Source: Candidatus Aenigmatarchaeota archaeon (lineage in GTDB: Archaea > Aenigmatarchaeota > Aenigmatarchaeia > CG10238-14 > SCSR01). Taken from it: DNA of 64,000 nucleotides. A program made the position numbers and the translations under genes. The stretch is from contig JAVZHQ010000001.1 in NCBI GenBank assembly GCA_038998335.1, positions 96,001 through 160,000 on the forward strand, given 5' to 3'. The notes under the pieces are model-generated. The model worked only from the letters and a program-made list of their open reading frames with translations, was not told where the DNA came from and ran no database searches. Numbering within the stretch: the first letter of the stretch is position 1; every line of letters starts with the position of its first letter. Below are positions 28,166 to 38,061 of this stretch, piece by piece.

Positions 28166-28269
28166 GTAGTTAAGGAGGAAGTTTAGAATTCAGTAGCTAA
28201 CAGCTACGCTTTCCTTGGCTTATAAAAAGCTGAGGAAAGTCAAAAATTCTAAACCTCGAACTTAACTAC
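28166..28269 (+). ncRNA. Unknown structured RNA closed by a BHB motif
   Basis: 9-bp stem, GAGG/CCUC central helix with AAG and GAA bulges, 9-bp inner stem, two hairpins (6 bp; 14 bp with three G-U pairs favouring + strand). Confidence 0.75.
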
Positions 28270-28319
28270 GAAAAATTTAAAAAATTATCTTTTTTTATTA
28301 GAAAACCTAACTTAATAGT

Positions 28320-28730
28320 ATGAGAAAAGCTCAGGCTGCCTTGGAGTATTTGGTTCTCGTTTCAGTTGCACTTTTGATATTTGGTGGAATTCTTTACTAT
28401 TTTCAAATTTCAAAAAACAGCTTTTCTAATGATGTAAGAGTTTCGCAACTCAGAAATGCAGTCGATTGGATGATAAGCTCAGCTAACATGGTTTGTATGC
28501 AAGGCGAGCCTGCAAGCGTTATTTCTCAAGTTTACATTCCTTCAGGAGTAAAAGACGCTTATTTTGATGATAAAAAAATAGTTTATAACTTGACTGTTGA
28601 TTCTAGTGTGACTCATGTTTATGGGGAAGCTTTGTGCAAACTAAACGGAACTTTACCAAGAGGAGAAGGAAACTATAGAGTTCTTGTTAAAATGCAGGGT
28701 GATTATGTTAACATTACCTATAGGTTTTAA
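28320..28730 (+). CDS. Class III signal peptide pilin-like protein
   Basis: MRKA/QAALEYLVLV. Confidence 0.82.
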   Translation: MRKAQAALEYLVLVSVALLIFGGILYYFQISKNSFSNDVRVSQLRNAVDWMISSANMVCMQGEPASVISQVYIPSGVKDAYFDDKKIVYNLTVDSSVTHVYGEALCKLNGTLPRGEGNYRVLVKMQGDYVNITYRF

Positions 28731-29112
28731 GGCTCAGGTTGTGGGAGAATTCATTTATTTATTCGGAGCTTTTTGCTTTTTTCTAGTTGCTTTCATAGCA
28801 GCTTATACTTGGAGAAATACTCAAATTCAAGAGCAAAGCATGATTTTTGAGGTTCAGAGAATAGGTGATGAGGCTGCAAATCAAATAAATTTAGCTCATT
28901 TAAGTGGAGATGGTTTTTCAAAAGAATATTACTTGCCTGAAAAAATAGGGACGTTTATTTATAACATAACCATTTACGGAAACGTTTTAATCATAAACAC
29001 AACAAAAACTTCCTATTCCGTTGCATTAATCACAAGCAATATTAATGGAAACTTTACTTTTGGAAAAAATTTAATAAAAAATATTGATGGGATGGTGAAC
29101 ATAAGTGCTTAA
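28705..29112 (+). CDS. Pilin-like protein
   Basis: Probable start 28705 after GGTGA; FKA/QVVGEFIYLF. Confidence 0.72.
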   Translation: MLTLPIGFKAQVVGEFIYLFGAFCFFLVAFIAAYTWRNTQIQEQSMIFEVQRIGDEAANQINLAHLSGDGFSKEYYLPEKIGTFIYNITIYGNVLIINTTKTSYSVALITSNINGNFTFGKNLIKNIDGMVNISA

Positions 29113-29614
29113 GAAAAAAGCTCAGGTTTTCACTTTTGATGTTTTTATGAGCTTAATATTTTTTGTTAGCGTTTTTGTTATTTGGCTTATCATAACCAAT
29201 CAGTTAGTTGAACAGGCAAGTTATGCTTATGAAATTAACATGCTCGATAAAAAATTGCAAAGGGCTTCTGACCTGCTTATAAGAAGCAAAGGAGTACCAG
29301 AAGATTGGGATTCAAATAACGTGAAAGCTTTTGGTTTAGCAGGAGATACAGAATATATAGTGAGCGAAGAGAAAATTTCAAAATTTTTGAGCGCAGGTAT
29401 AGATAAAATTAAAAGTAGTCTTGGTTTTGGTGGCTACAATTTATACATAAGATTTGCTAACATTACAGGAGATGATTTTGACCCAGCAAACCCTTATGAG
29501 ATAGGAAGCTTTCCGAACAACCCAAAAATTGTAGTTTCAATAAAGAGGTATTTCCTGATAGATTTTAACGGAAATAGAGATTTGGCTATGATGCAAATGA
29601 TTGTGTGGCGATAA
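29105..29614 (+). CDS. Pilin-like protein
   Basis: KKKA/QVFTFDVFMSL; GVPEDW motif. Confidence 0.78.
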   Translation: MLKKKAQVFTFDVFMSLIFFVSVFVIWLIITNQLVEQASYAYEINMLDKKLQRASDLLIRSKGVPEDWDSNNVKAFGLAGDTEYIVSEEKISKFLSAGIDKIKSSLGFGGYNLYIRFANITGDDFDPANPYEIGSFPNNPKIVVSIKRYFLIDFNGNRDLAMMQMIVWR

Positions 29615-32600
29615 AAATGAAAGGCCAGGTTTTTTCGTTAGAGGCAATTCTGGCAATTTCTTTATTAGTAATTTTTGCTATAGTTGTTTCTTTTATTGGT
29701 GTAACTTCATTCTTCCAACATCAAACTTATGAAAGGTTTCACTATATTTCTCAAGATTCCGTTCAACTTTTAATCAAAACAAGAGTCTCTGATTGGAAAG
29801 AAAAACTACAAGAGTTGTTTGATGAGGGAGTTTTAACAGAAAACGATTTGGATAAAAGTTTGCTCGACATTATAGGTAGCTTTTGGACCAAAGGAGATAT
29901 AGAAAATGCAAAGAAAGTAACTGAATTGATCCTAAACTTGTCTATTCCTGAAAATCTAGGTTATGAAGTTTCTATAGATGAAGATACCATAGCTAAAAGA
30001 GAAAAGCCGTTGAAGGCTCTACTTTCTGTCTCTACGACTACTGTTTCAGGTTATGCTATAGGAAAACCTGTAGAAGGATATATGTCAACAGCTTTTCTAA
30101 GAGAAGTAGAGAAAAAAGAAACTTGTAAAGTAATTTCTGTCGAACAAGAAGGAAGTGGTTGGTCATCTCTAAAAAAAGTTATAGGAGTAAGCTATCCTTT
30201 TCATCTATTTAGAGCTCCAGGGTCTGGTTGTGATGATCCGACAATAACAATAATGGCGTTAAATGACTCAATTTACATTCTTCAGTACTACAATCCTGGA
30301 CAAGGTTGGCAAACTATACTACAAAAAGAAATATTAAACAAATCATTACATGTGATATCAAATTATTCTACAGCAAATTTTCCCATAAGTGTTAAGCCTG
30401 GATATTTTAGAGTACTTTCTCCGTACGAAGTAAGTATAAATGTTATGACCGCAGAAGGTTCTGATATAACTACATTGTCAACAGATCCTTCAATAAAGTA
30501 CACAGGAACAGAGTTTATTTTACTTGGTAACGCAAGAGGAACTTTTGAAGGTCAGTGTAATATTCGTGGAGGAGGGTGCAATGATAGAAGACATTGTTTT
30601 ATGGTAAGAGGGTTTGCATTTGAGGATAACACAGAAATAAACATCTCTTACCTTAACAAAGTTCCTTTTGAAGGTGTAGCAGTTTTTCTTTGGGACGAGC
30701 CGGGATGGACTTTAGTTAAAACGTTGAGGGCAAACGCTACTCAACCTTTTGACAGTAATCAAACCTGTATTAACGTGCCTAACGGAAATTCTTATACCGC
30801 GTTAAAAGTTGTTACAAATAAACCAATACTGCTTTATAGGGCCACTCATATGGACGAGATGGATATGATGATAGCCGATACAGGAACGAATTGGGGTAAA
30901 ATTTTGTATTTTGCTATGTATCAAGAATGCTATAGTTCGTCAGGTAATTATGATCCACGAAGACCTTTACTTTTCTATGTTTATAATAGAGGTAAGAATG
31001 CAGGGAAAGTTAAATTACAAGTTTATAAGGGGTTTAATTACACTACTGGTGCTAGGTCTTATGGAAGTTATACTCCTGGATGGAATGACTGTACAGAAAT
31101 TTCACTAGATGCTGGGCACATGAATGTTATTGATGTAGATAAAAGTTGTGGTACACTTGCTCGAACTGACAAAGGGGGGAGAGAATCTTTCTGGAGGTTG
31201 ATTTCAGATGTAGATATAGGTGCTTTGGCCGGAGGAGATTTAAACTGTAGGATGTGGGGAACTATTTCAGACGTATATATGGAACTTCCCGCAGTTGATG
31301 AAGAATGGACGACTTTCGAAACACACATGCTTTATGGCGGGAATCCTTGGAGCGATGATGTTACATGGGGATGCAGTTGTTCAGGAGATTGTAGAACAAC
31401 TTGTCCTCCTAATGGAAATTGTTGGTGGCCTTATGGCGGACAAGAATTTCTAGCAACGGTAGGGCCTGTAGAGATTACTGTTAAGCCTGAAGGTCAAATT
31501 GGTAATGTTAATATCACCTACGTTTGTGCAGGTTATTGTGCGATTGAAGATTCTGCTGGTCTGCATGTGTTAGACAATACAACATACACTCCTCAAAAAA
31601 TTGAAGTTAAAGGAAGCTTAAGAAAATTTATTTTAGGAGGAAACAATTCTAATCTATTCTGGGGTTTAGAAAAAAGGCCACCAGAAAGTCCATACGTGGC
31701 TACTGCTCAAAAATGGATATTTGAAGGGAATGAGAAGTTTAGATTCTATCAAGGAGGATCTGGAAATTGTTGGATTTTAACAATAAATCCTTATTCGATG
31801 CAGGAAAAAGTATCTGCAAGAGAGGCACCGTTTCCGTACATACCTCCTCCAAAAAGTGCTACAGGACCATTATATGTTACAAAAAAATTCTCTTTGCCAA
31901 GTGATGCAGTAATCAAAAGAGCTAATTTAGTTATAAGTCTACATGAAGGTTACGGCACTCCTGAACCAGTATCGATAAGTATAAACGGTAATAAAGTATG
32001 GGAGGAGATGATAAGTGAAGGTTTCGTAGATGAGATAATCTTAGATCCCAGTGTTCTAAAACCTGGCGAAAATACTCTTTTTATAAACATGAGTAAGCCT
32101 GATAGTTACCATTCTCATATCCATCCAGGTTTTAGGTTAGACGTTTGTTACGAGACAAGAGAGTCTGAAATTGAATGGGATGGTGATAAAATTGTGAAAA
32201 GATATTATTTTGATAATGTTATAGGTCATCCAACTGCTTGGAGTTTTGTTTCCTTTGGTATACCTATTGGAGCAAAAGATATTGAAATTACTGGTTATTT
32301 ACTAGTAAAAAATATTAACTATTACACCAAGTTAGCTTTATCGAATATGAATAACCCGAATTATGTTTTATTTGAGAAAGAAACTAAAAAAGAAAGAGGA
32401 TTAGAGGAATACGACAGAGAATTCTTCATAAATAATCCAAGTTGGGCGATACCACAACTTCCCCCAGCTGCTCAAGAAAAAATAACTTTAGACCCAAGTA
32501 AAATTGATATAGGTAGGACAAATATAATTTCTATCTATCTTGACACAAAAACTACCGATGATGTTTATATAGACACATTTAACGAAATAGAAGATAAAGC

Positions 32601-33330
32601 TGAAATAGTTGAAGGAATAATAGAAATAAAATATAAACCACCTTCCTCTCCGTACGGTTATATAGATTTAACTAGAATACTTCCTTCCTCTCAAGGTGTT
32701 GAAGAAACAGTTACTATTACTTTTCCTCTGAATTTTACTCCTCCCTATGAGATTGTTACAGAAGCGAACGCACACTTTGTTGCAAGCTATAGCTGGAGAG
32801 TTAATTATAGTGTTAATTCTAAGCAGGCATTCATTTCACCTAGCGGAAGAGTGGTCCCAACAACTGTTTTTATTCCAGTAGAGTTTTTAAACACTTCTGG
32901 GTTAAACACCGTTTTTATGGAAGACTTGGCAAAAAATCTTGCTCATTCAGGAACCGTTTCTTACTCGTTTTTAATCAAAGATTCTGTCGAGTATGGCAAG
33001 GAATTCGAAAAGGCAAACGGTTGTACTATTAAAGTTTGGTATGATATTAATTTTGACGATTCTGCTGATAATTTCGTAGAGGTGAAAATTGGCCCTGAGC
33101 CAGATGACTTTGATCCAGACAAAGATGCTATCGATGATGCTCTAGCTAGGCTTTTAGATATTTTAAACTTTTACGGGGATAAGGGAGATTGGCCTGATAA
33201 TCCTGACGGAAGCCAAACCAATCCAATCGATATAGAAATTCCTCCAGATATAAAATTTGATTGGATATACGTGGGAGGTATAAAAAGTTTGTGGGGACCG
33301 GCAAATCTTAAAATAAAGGTTTGGACATGA
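29605..33330 (+). CDS. Large minor pilin / adhesin-like protein, 1241 aa
   Basis: MKG/QVFSLEAILAI signal; large Cys-rich beta domain; C-terminal DAIDDALARL...GIKSLWGPANLKIKVW. Confidence 0.75.
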   Translation: MAIKMKGQVFSLEAILAISLLVIFAIVVSFIGVTSFFQHQTYERFHYISQDSVQLLIKTRVSDWKEKLQELFDEGVLTENDLDKSLLDIIGSFWTKGDIENAKKVTELILNLSIPENLGYEVSIDEDTIAKREKPLKALLSVSTTTVSGYAIGKPVEGYMSTAFLREVEKKETCKVISVEQEGSGWSSLKKVIGVSYPFHLFRAPGSGCDDPTITIMALNDSIYILQYYNPGQGWQTILQKEILNKSLHVISNYSTANFPISVKPGYFRVLSPYEVSINVMTAEGSDITTLSTDPSIKYTGTEFILLGNARGTFEGQCNIRGGGCNDRRHCFMVRGFAFEDNTEINISYLNKVPFEGVAVFLWDEPGWTLVKTLRANATQPFDSNQTCINVPNGNSYTALKVVTNKPILLYRATHMDEMDMMIADTGTNWGKILYFAMYQECYSSSGNYDPRRPLLFYVYNRGKNAGKVKLQVYKGFNYTTGARSYGSYTPGWNDCTEISLDAGHMNVIDVDKSCGTLARTDKGGRESFWRLISDVDIGALAGGDLNCRMWGTISDVYMELPAVDEEWTTFETHMLYGGNPWSDDVTWGCSCSGDCRTTCPPNGNCWWPYGGQEFLATVGPVEITVKPEGQIGNVNITYVCAGYCAIEDSAGLHVLDNTTYTPQKIEVKGSLRKFILGGNNSNLFWGLEKRPPESPYVATAQKWIFEGNEKFRFYQGGSGNCWILTINPYSMQEKVSAREAPFPYIPPPKSATGPLYVTKKFSLPSDAVIKRANLVISLHEGYGTPEPVSISINGNKVWEEMISEGFVDEIILDPSVLKPGENTLFINMSKPDSYHSHIHPGFRLDVCYETRESEIEWDGDKIVKRYYFDNVIGHPTAWSFVSFGIPIGAKDIEITGYLLVKNINYYTKLALSNMNNPNYVLFEKETKKERGLEEYDREFFINNPSWAIPQLPPAAQEKITLDPSKIDIGRTNIISIYLDTKTTDDVYIDTFNEIEDKAEIVEGIIEIKYKPPSSPYGYIDLTRILPSSQGVEETVTITFPLNFTPPYEIVTEANAHFVASYSWRVNYSVNSKQAFISPSGRVVPTTVFIPVEFLNTSGLNTVFMEDLAKNLAHSGTVSYSFLIKDSVEYGKEFEKANGCTIKVWYDINFDDSADNFVEVKIGPEPDDFDPDKDAIDDALARLLDILNFYGDKGDWPDNPDGSQTNPIDIEIPPDIKFDWIYVGGIKSLWGPANLKIKVWT

Positions 33331-34352
33331 AAGGTTTAATTTATACGTTAATAACAATTTTGATAGTAGCAACAATTATAGGTATTCTTTTTATGTACGT
33401 AAATATGTCTTACTCTCTTACAAAAGATATTTCCAATAAGATTGTTTCAGATCAACTTCATTATTTTGAAAGAAATATAGAAGAAGATATAGAAAGAGCA
33501 TTGTACGCGAGTGGTAAAAGAGCCTTAGTAGCTGCTGTAAATTATGTTATAAAAAATAATACATTTTTAGACGATTCGATCAAAAGAATAAAAGAACTAA
33601 TGGAAAATGGTACCATATATAATGAGGCAGTTTTGTATATGAAGGATAATACAATAGGCAATTGGACTACTAACATTGAAAAAGTTGCAAATCAAGCTGG
33701 TTATATAATGGAGCTAGATATAAGTTCTGTTGATATAAGACCATTAGATAGTTTTAATTTAGCTTTTAAAATTAACGTAACAATAAATCTTACAGAAAGT
33801 ACTAGAAGTATAAGAATCGATAGGTTTTTTGAAAAGAGTATTATAATTTCAATAGAAAGAATAGAAGATCCTTTACCCTCTCTTAAAACTGGAAAAAAGT
33901 ATAGGAAAATCATAATTAAATGTCCATTTTCTGAACATGTGGAACAAGCAGATGGAAATTATGATTTTACAAATCTCAAAGAAGATATAAAAAACGGTTA
34001 TTATCATCCCTCTAAAGTGGGAGCAAGTTTTTTAGATAGATTAGAAGGAAGTTTAGTAACATCTAGCAAATATCAAAATCTTGCTCCATCTCCAGATACA
34101 ATTATTGGTCTTGAGTTCTTTGTCAATAGGTTAAAATTGCCTACCGATGATCCTACTTATAATCAAAAAGCGAACCAATCTGTTATAGACCATCTTTATT
34201 GGGATACACAAGCTTATAAAGGTTATTCTATAGATCATCCTGATATAAGAGATGACCCAGAAGTAAATTGGTTTAAAATCGATAAAGATCCTTTCTGTTT
34301 AGATTGTCCTCATCATACTACTTATGGAATTCCTGAAGGTTTGCTTAAGTGA
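33321..34352 (+). CDS. Pilin-associated protein
   Basis: MKG/LIYTLITILIV; IEDPL and GASFLDRLEG motifs seen in archaeal pilus accessory proteins. Confidence 0.7.
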   Translation: MDMKGLIYTLITILIVATIIGILFMYVNMSYSLTKDISNKIVSDQLHYFERNIEEDIERALYASGKRALVAAVNYVIKNNTFLDDSIKRIKELMENGTIYNEAVLYMKDNTIGNWTTNIEKVANQAGYIMELDISSVDIRPLDSFNLAFKINVTINLTESTRSIRIDRFFEKSIIISIERIEDPLPSLKTGKKYRKIIIKCPFSEHVEQADGNYDFTNLKEDIKNGYYHPSKVGASFLDRLEGSLVTSSKYQNLAPSPDTIIGLEFFVNRLKLPTDDPTYNQKANQSVIDHLYWDTQAYKGYSIDHPDIRDDPEVNWFKIDKDPFCLDCPHHTTYGIPEGLLK

Positions 34353-34393
34353 TTTAATTTTAATTAAAAAATCAAATTAATTATTAGATAAGT

Positions 34394-35044
34394 ATGCTTA
34401 AAGTAAAGGATGTTATGTCAAAAAATGTAATTACAGTTTCTCCTGAGCAAAGCATAATGGAAGTTGTAAAGATTCTTGCAGAATCAAAAGTTTCAGGCTT
34501 GCCTGTTGTTAAAGAAGGAAAAATAGTTGGAATAATAACAGAAGCAGACATTTTGGATTTGGTAGGAAAGAAAAATTTGCTTGCTGTAGATGAAGGAGCT
34601 TTGAAAGAAAAAGGTGTGACAAAAGTAAAGGAAATAATGAAGAAAGTAGTTATAGTAGCTAATGAAGAGGATGGTTTGGATAGAGCTGTTTTGCTCATGA
34701 GCTTGTACAAAGTTAAAAGGCTTCCTGTAGTTGATAAAAAGAATAATATTGTAGGAATAATTGCTCGAGACGATATAATAAAATCTCTTGCTAAGCTCAT
34801 GGCAGAAGCAGTCCCTGAAAAAGTCTCTACTGTGGAAAAAGTTCCGAGTATGATGGAAACAGACATAGACAGAATACTTGCTGTTATAAAGGAAAAGAAA
34901 AGAGTAAAGTTTAGCGAGCTGGAAAAAATGTTTAACGTAAGCAAAGAAGTTATAGAAGAGTGGGCAAAGATTTTAGAAGATCATGGTTTAGCTGAAATTT
35001 TCTATCCTGCCATAGGTGAACCTGAACTTAGGTTGAGAAAATGA
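34394..35044 (+). CDS. CBS-domain pair protein with C-terminal HTH-like domain
   Basis: VKDVMSKNV, SGLPVV, VGIIT, KRLPVVD, GIIARDDI. Confidence 0.88.
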   Translation: MLKVKDVMSKNVITVSPEQSIMEVVKILAESKVSGLPVVKEGKIVGIITEADILDLVGKKNLLAVDEGALKEKGVTKVKEIMKKVVIVANEEDGLDRAVLLMSLYKVKRLPVVDKKNNIVGIIARDDIIKSLAKLMAEAVPEKVSTVEKVPSMMETDIDRILAVIKEKKRVKFSELEKMFNVSKEVIEEWAKILEDHGLAEIFYPAIGEPELRLRK

Positions 35045-38000
35045 GGATATTAGATAGCTATAAGCTTTTTGCAGAGGGTGTGCCTGCAGAAATTAACATA
35101 GTTAAAATAGAAGGAGAGTTTGTTCCTATTTATGAGGTTTCTTTGCCAAAGTTTGAGGAAGCAACCCTAGCAGTTTTGTCTGCTATAAGGGAAAGGCTAA
35201 TAACTGAAGTTGGAGTTAAAGTTCAAGAAATCCTTGACCCTAGAGTTATGGAAGATTTGAAGCAAAGGTTTTTTGCTAAATCTTTAGAGCTTATTCAAAG
35301 GCAATTGCCAAGAGTTTCTGAGGAAGAGAAAAAGATTTTGGCAGGTACTTTAGTTCATGAAATGCTAGGCTTAGGAAAGGTTGAAGTTTTGCTTAAGGAT
35401 GAAAATTTGGAAGAAATAGTTATAAACAATTCCCAAGAGCCTTTGTGGGTTTACCATAAAAAATATGGTTGGCTTAAGACTAACATAGTAATAAAAAGTG
35501 ATCTGGAAATTTACAACTATGCAAGCATGATAGGAAGGAAAGTTGGAAGACAAATAACAAGCCTTAACCCTTTAATGGATGCGCACCTAACAACAGGAGA
35601 CAGAGTTAACGCAACTTTATTTCCGATCTCAACAAAAGGAAACACTATTACGATAAGAAAGTTTGCAAGAAAGCCTTGGACTATAACTGACTTGATAAAA
35701 AACAATACAATAAATAAAGAAGTAGCTTCCTTGCTTTGGCTTGCCATTCATTATGAAATGAACATAATAGTTTCAGGAGGAACTGCTACAGGAAAAACTT
35801 CTATTCTTAACGTTTTAACAACTTTCATTCCACCAAACCATAGAATTGTTTCGATAGAGGATAGCGTCACTGGCGATTGTGAAATCCTTTTTGAAAGGAA
35901 AGGAGAAATCTTTAGAAAGGCTATTGGCGAACTAATAGATTCTTTACTCCCCGATGGTGAAGAAAAAGTTGAAAACAAAGATAACATAAAAATTTTTTCC
36001 ATGGATAAAGATGGAAAAATTAAGCTTGCTCTACCTTCCCACTTTATTAGGCATAAAGTAAAAAAGAAAGTTTTAGATATAATTTTAGCTAGCGGAAGAA
36101 AGATTTCAGTTACAGAAGATCATTCTCTTTTTGGTTTGAACGAAAACGGTGAAATAGTGCCAATTCCTGGAAAAGAAATAAAAGTTGGAAGTTTTATTGC
36201 AGTACCAAGAATACTCCCTTATGAAGGAAAAAAGAAAGTTTTTGACCTTTCCTTAGAGCTTGAGAAATTCAAAGGATGTTTTGTTGAAGTGGACAAAGAA
36301 TTTATTAGAAAAAACTTTAAAAAGCTGGTAGAATCAAAACTTTTATCAAAGCAACAAGCTTACTATTACTTAAAAAAAGGAGTTTTGAAAGCTGAAGTGC
36401 TGCAGAAGCTAAACGTTAAACCAAGAAAAGGAAAAATAAAATCTAGAAGCGGTTCTTTCTTACCTTTAAAAGTTAGCGTAAATAAAGATTTAGCATTAGT
36501 AGCTGGGCTTTGGCTTGCAGATGGCTGTTACGATAGAAATTCTGTTATTTTTTCTGTTACTGATGAGGAAAGTAAAAAAATTATTAGGAAAATTGCAAAA
36601 AGGTTTAGAATGGGTTGTAAATTGCATAGTGATAAAATTTCCTTGATGCTTAATTCAAAACTGTTTAAAACATTTTTCAAAGAAGTTTTAGGGTTAGAAG
36701 GAAATGCCTATACCAAAAGAGTTCCAAGCTGGGTTTTTGGTCTGGAAAAAGAAGAGCTAGCAGCATTTTTAAAAGGATACTTTTCAGGAGATGGTTGGGT
36801 AAGGTCAAAGGATGTTGCAGTTTCTTCTGTTTCATTCAATCTTCTAAAAGATATTCAAACACTTTTGCTAAGGTTTGGGATTCCTTTAAGAATAGGAAAA
36901 AAGTTTAAGGATAATACTTACCAAGCAACAATCTCTGGTTCAAAATTTTTAAAAACTTTCTTTTATGAAGTTGGATTTTTGCAAGAGAAAAACAACGAAA
37001 AACTTTTTAGTTTGTTGCATAAAAAAGTCCATGATGTTTCTGATGTAGTTCCTTTGCCAAAGCACTTTTATCTCAGACTTAAAAAATTGTTAAAAGAAGA
37101 GGTTGGAGTAAAGAGAAGTTATAAGGGATGGAAATCTTGGCACAGAAATTACATGAAATCTAACATAGGGAGAGAATTGTTGAAAGAAATTGTGAGTAAG
37201 ATTGCAAACGATGGTGGAAATGAAACTTTAATAAAGTTAGCTAATAACGACATCTTTTGGGACAGAGTAAAAGAAATAAAGGAAAGAGAGTTTGAAGGTT
37301 ATGTTTATGATATAAGTGTTCCAGGAAATGAAAGTTTTGTTTGTAACAATATAATAGCGCACAACACTAGGGAGATTCAGTTGCCAGATTTCTTACACTG
37401 GGTTCCTTTGACAACAAGAGAGCCGAACCCTGAAGGAAAAGGTGAAGTTTCTATGCTTGACTTGATGGTAAACGCTTTGAGAATGAGGCCTGACAGAATA
37501 ATAGTAGGAGAAATAAGAAGAGCAAGGGAAGCAGAAGTTTTGTTCGAAGCCATGCATACTGGTCATTCAGTTTATTCAACCTTGCATGCAGATACTGCTG
37601 AGCAGACTGTTAGAAGATTGGTTAATCCACCGATAAACGTGCCAGAAATGCTCTTAGAAGCTTTACATATCATACTAGCAATGCACAGAGATAGAAGAAA
37701 AGGAATAAGAAGAGTTTTTCAGCTTTCTGAAATTATTCCAAGTGAAAGGGGAGTTCAGCTCAACACTTTGTTTAGGTGGAGAGCCGATAAGGATGAAATT
37801 ATTCCTTTCAAGACAAGCATGAGAATAATGGACGACTTAAGACTTTACACAGGAATGACAGATCAAGAAATAGCTCAGGAGCTTGCTCAAAGGCAAATGG
37901 TTCTTGATTGGTTAGTTAGGCACAATATTAATACTGTCAATACTGTTGGCTTTGTTATTTCTGAGTATTATTCTGAACCGGAAAAAATAATAAGTGCAAT

Positions 38001-38061
38001 AAAAACTAATATTAGTCCAGAGAGAATACTTGGAGATTTGATGAAGGAGTTGAAAACTTGA
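35041..38061 (+). CDS. CpaF/TadA-type pilus assembly ATPase containing an intein
   Basis: GGTATGKTS, SIED|intein|TRE, LRMRPDRIIVGEIR, TGHSVYSTLHA. Confidence 0.93.
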   Translation: MRILDSYKLFAEGVPAEINIVKIEGEFVPIYEVSLPKFEEATLAVLSAIRERLITEVGVKVQEILDPRVMEDLKQRFFAKSLELIQRQLPRVSEEEKKILAGTLVHEMLGLGKVEVLLKDENLEEIVINNSQEPLWVYHKKYGWLKTNIVIKSDLEIYNYASMIGRKVGRQITSLNPLMDAHLTTGDRVNATLFPISTKGNTITIRKFARKPWTITDLIKNNTINKEVASLLWLAIHYEMNIIVSGGTATGKTSILNVLTTFIPPNHRIVSIEDSVTGDCEILFERKGEIFRKAIGELIDSLLPDGEEKVENKDNIKIFSMDKDGKIKLALPSHFIRHKVKKKVLDIILASGRKISVTEDHSLFGLNENGEIVPIPGKEIKVGSFIAVPRILPYEGKKKVFDLSLELEKFKGCFVEVDKEFIRKNFKKLVESKLLSKQQAYYYLKKGVLKAEVLQKLNVKPRKGKIKSRSGSFLPLKVSVNKDLALVAGLWLADGCYDRNSVIFSVTDEESKKIIRKIAKRFRMGCKLHSDKISLMLNSKLFKTFFKEVLGLEGNAYTKRVPSWVFGLEKEELAAFLKGYFSGDGWVRSKDVAVSSVSFNLLKDIQTLLLRFGIPLRIGKKFKDNTYQATISGSKFLKTFFYEVGFLQEKNNEKLFSLLHKKVHDVSDVVPLPKHFYLRLKKLLKEEVGVKRSYKGWKSWHRNYMKSNIGRELLKEIVSKIANDGGNETLIKLANNDIFWDRVKEIKEREFEGYVYDISVPGNESFVCNNIIAHNTREIQLPDFLHWVPLTTREPNPEGKGEVSMLDLMVNALRMRPDRIIVGEIRRAREAEVLFEAMHTGHSVYSTLHADTAEQTVRRLVNPPINVPEMLLEALHIILAMHRDRRKGIRRVFQLSEIIPSERGVQLNTLFRWRADKDEIIPFKTSMRIMDDLRLYTGMTDQEIAQELAQRQMVLDWLVRHNINTVNTVGFVISEYYSEPEKIISAIKTNISPERILGDLMKELKT
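35863..37365 (+). mobile_element. Intein with LAGLIDADG homing endonuclease, 501 aa
   Basis: Starts SVTGD, block B VTEDHSLF, VAGLWLADG and FLKGYFSGDG, VYDISV, ends IIAHN before Thr; removal restores SIEDTRE as in the paralog at 8287-9897. Confidence 0.93.

Noticed and set aside
28228-28275. Hammerhead ribozyme (CUGAGGA...GAAA) or second RNase P fragment (GAGGAAAGUC)
   Set aside because: The motif is sequestered in a 14-bp hairpin, and the required stem II and other conserved regions cannot be formed
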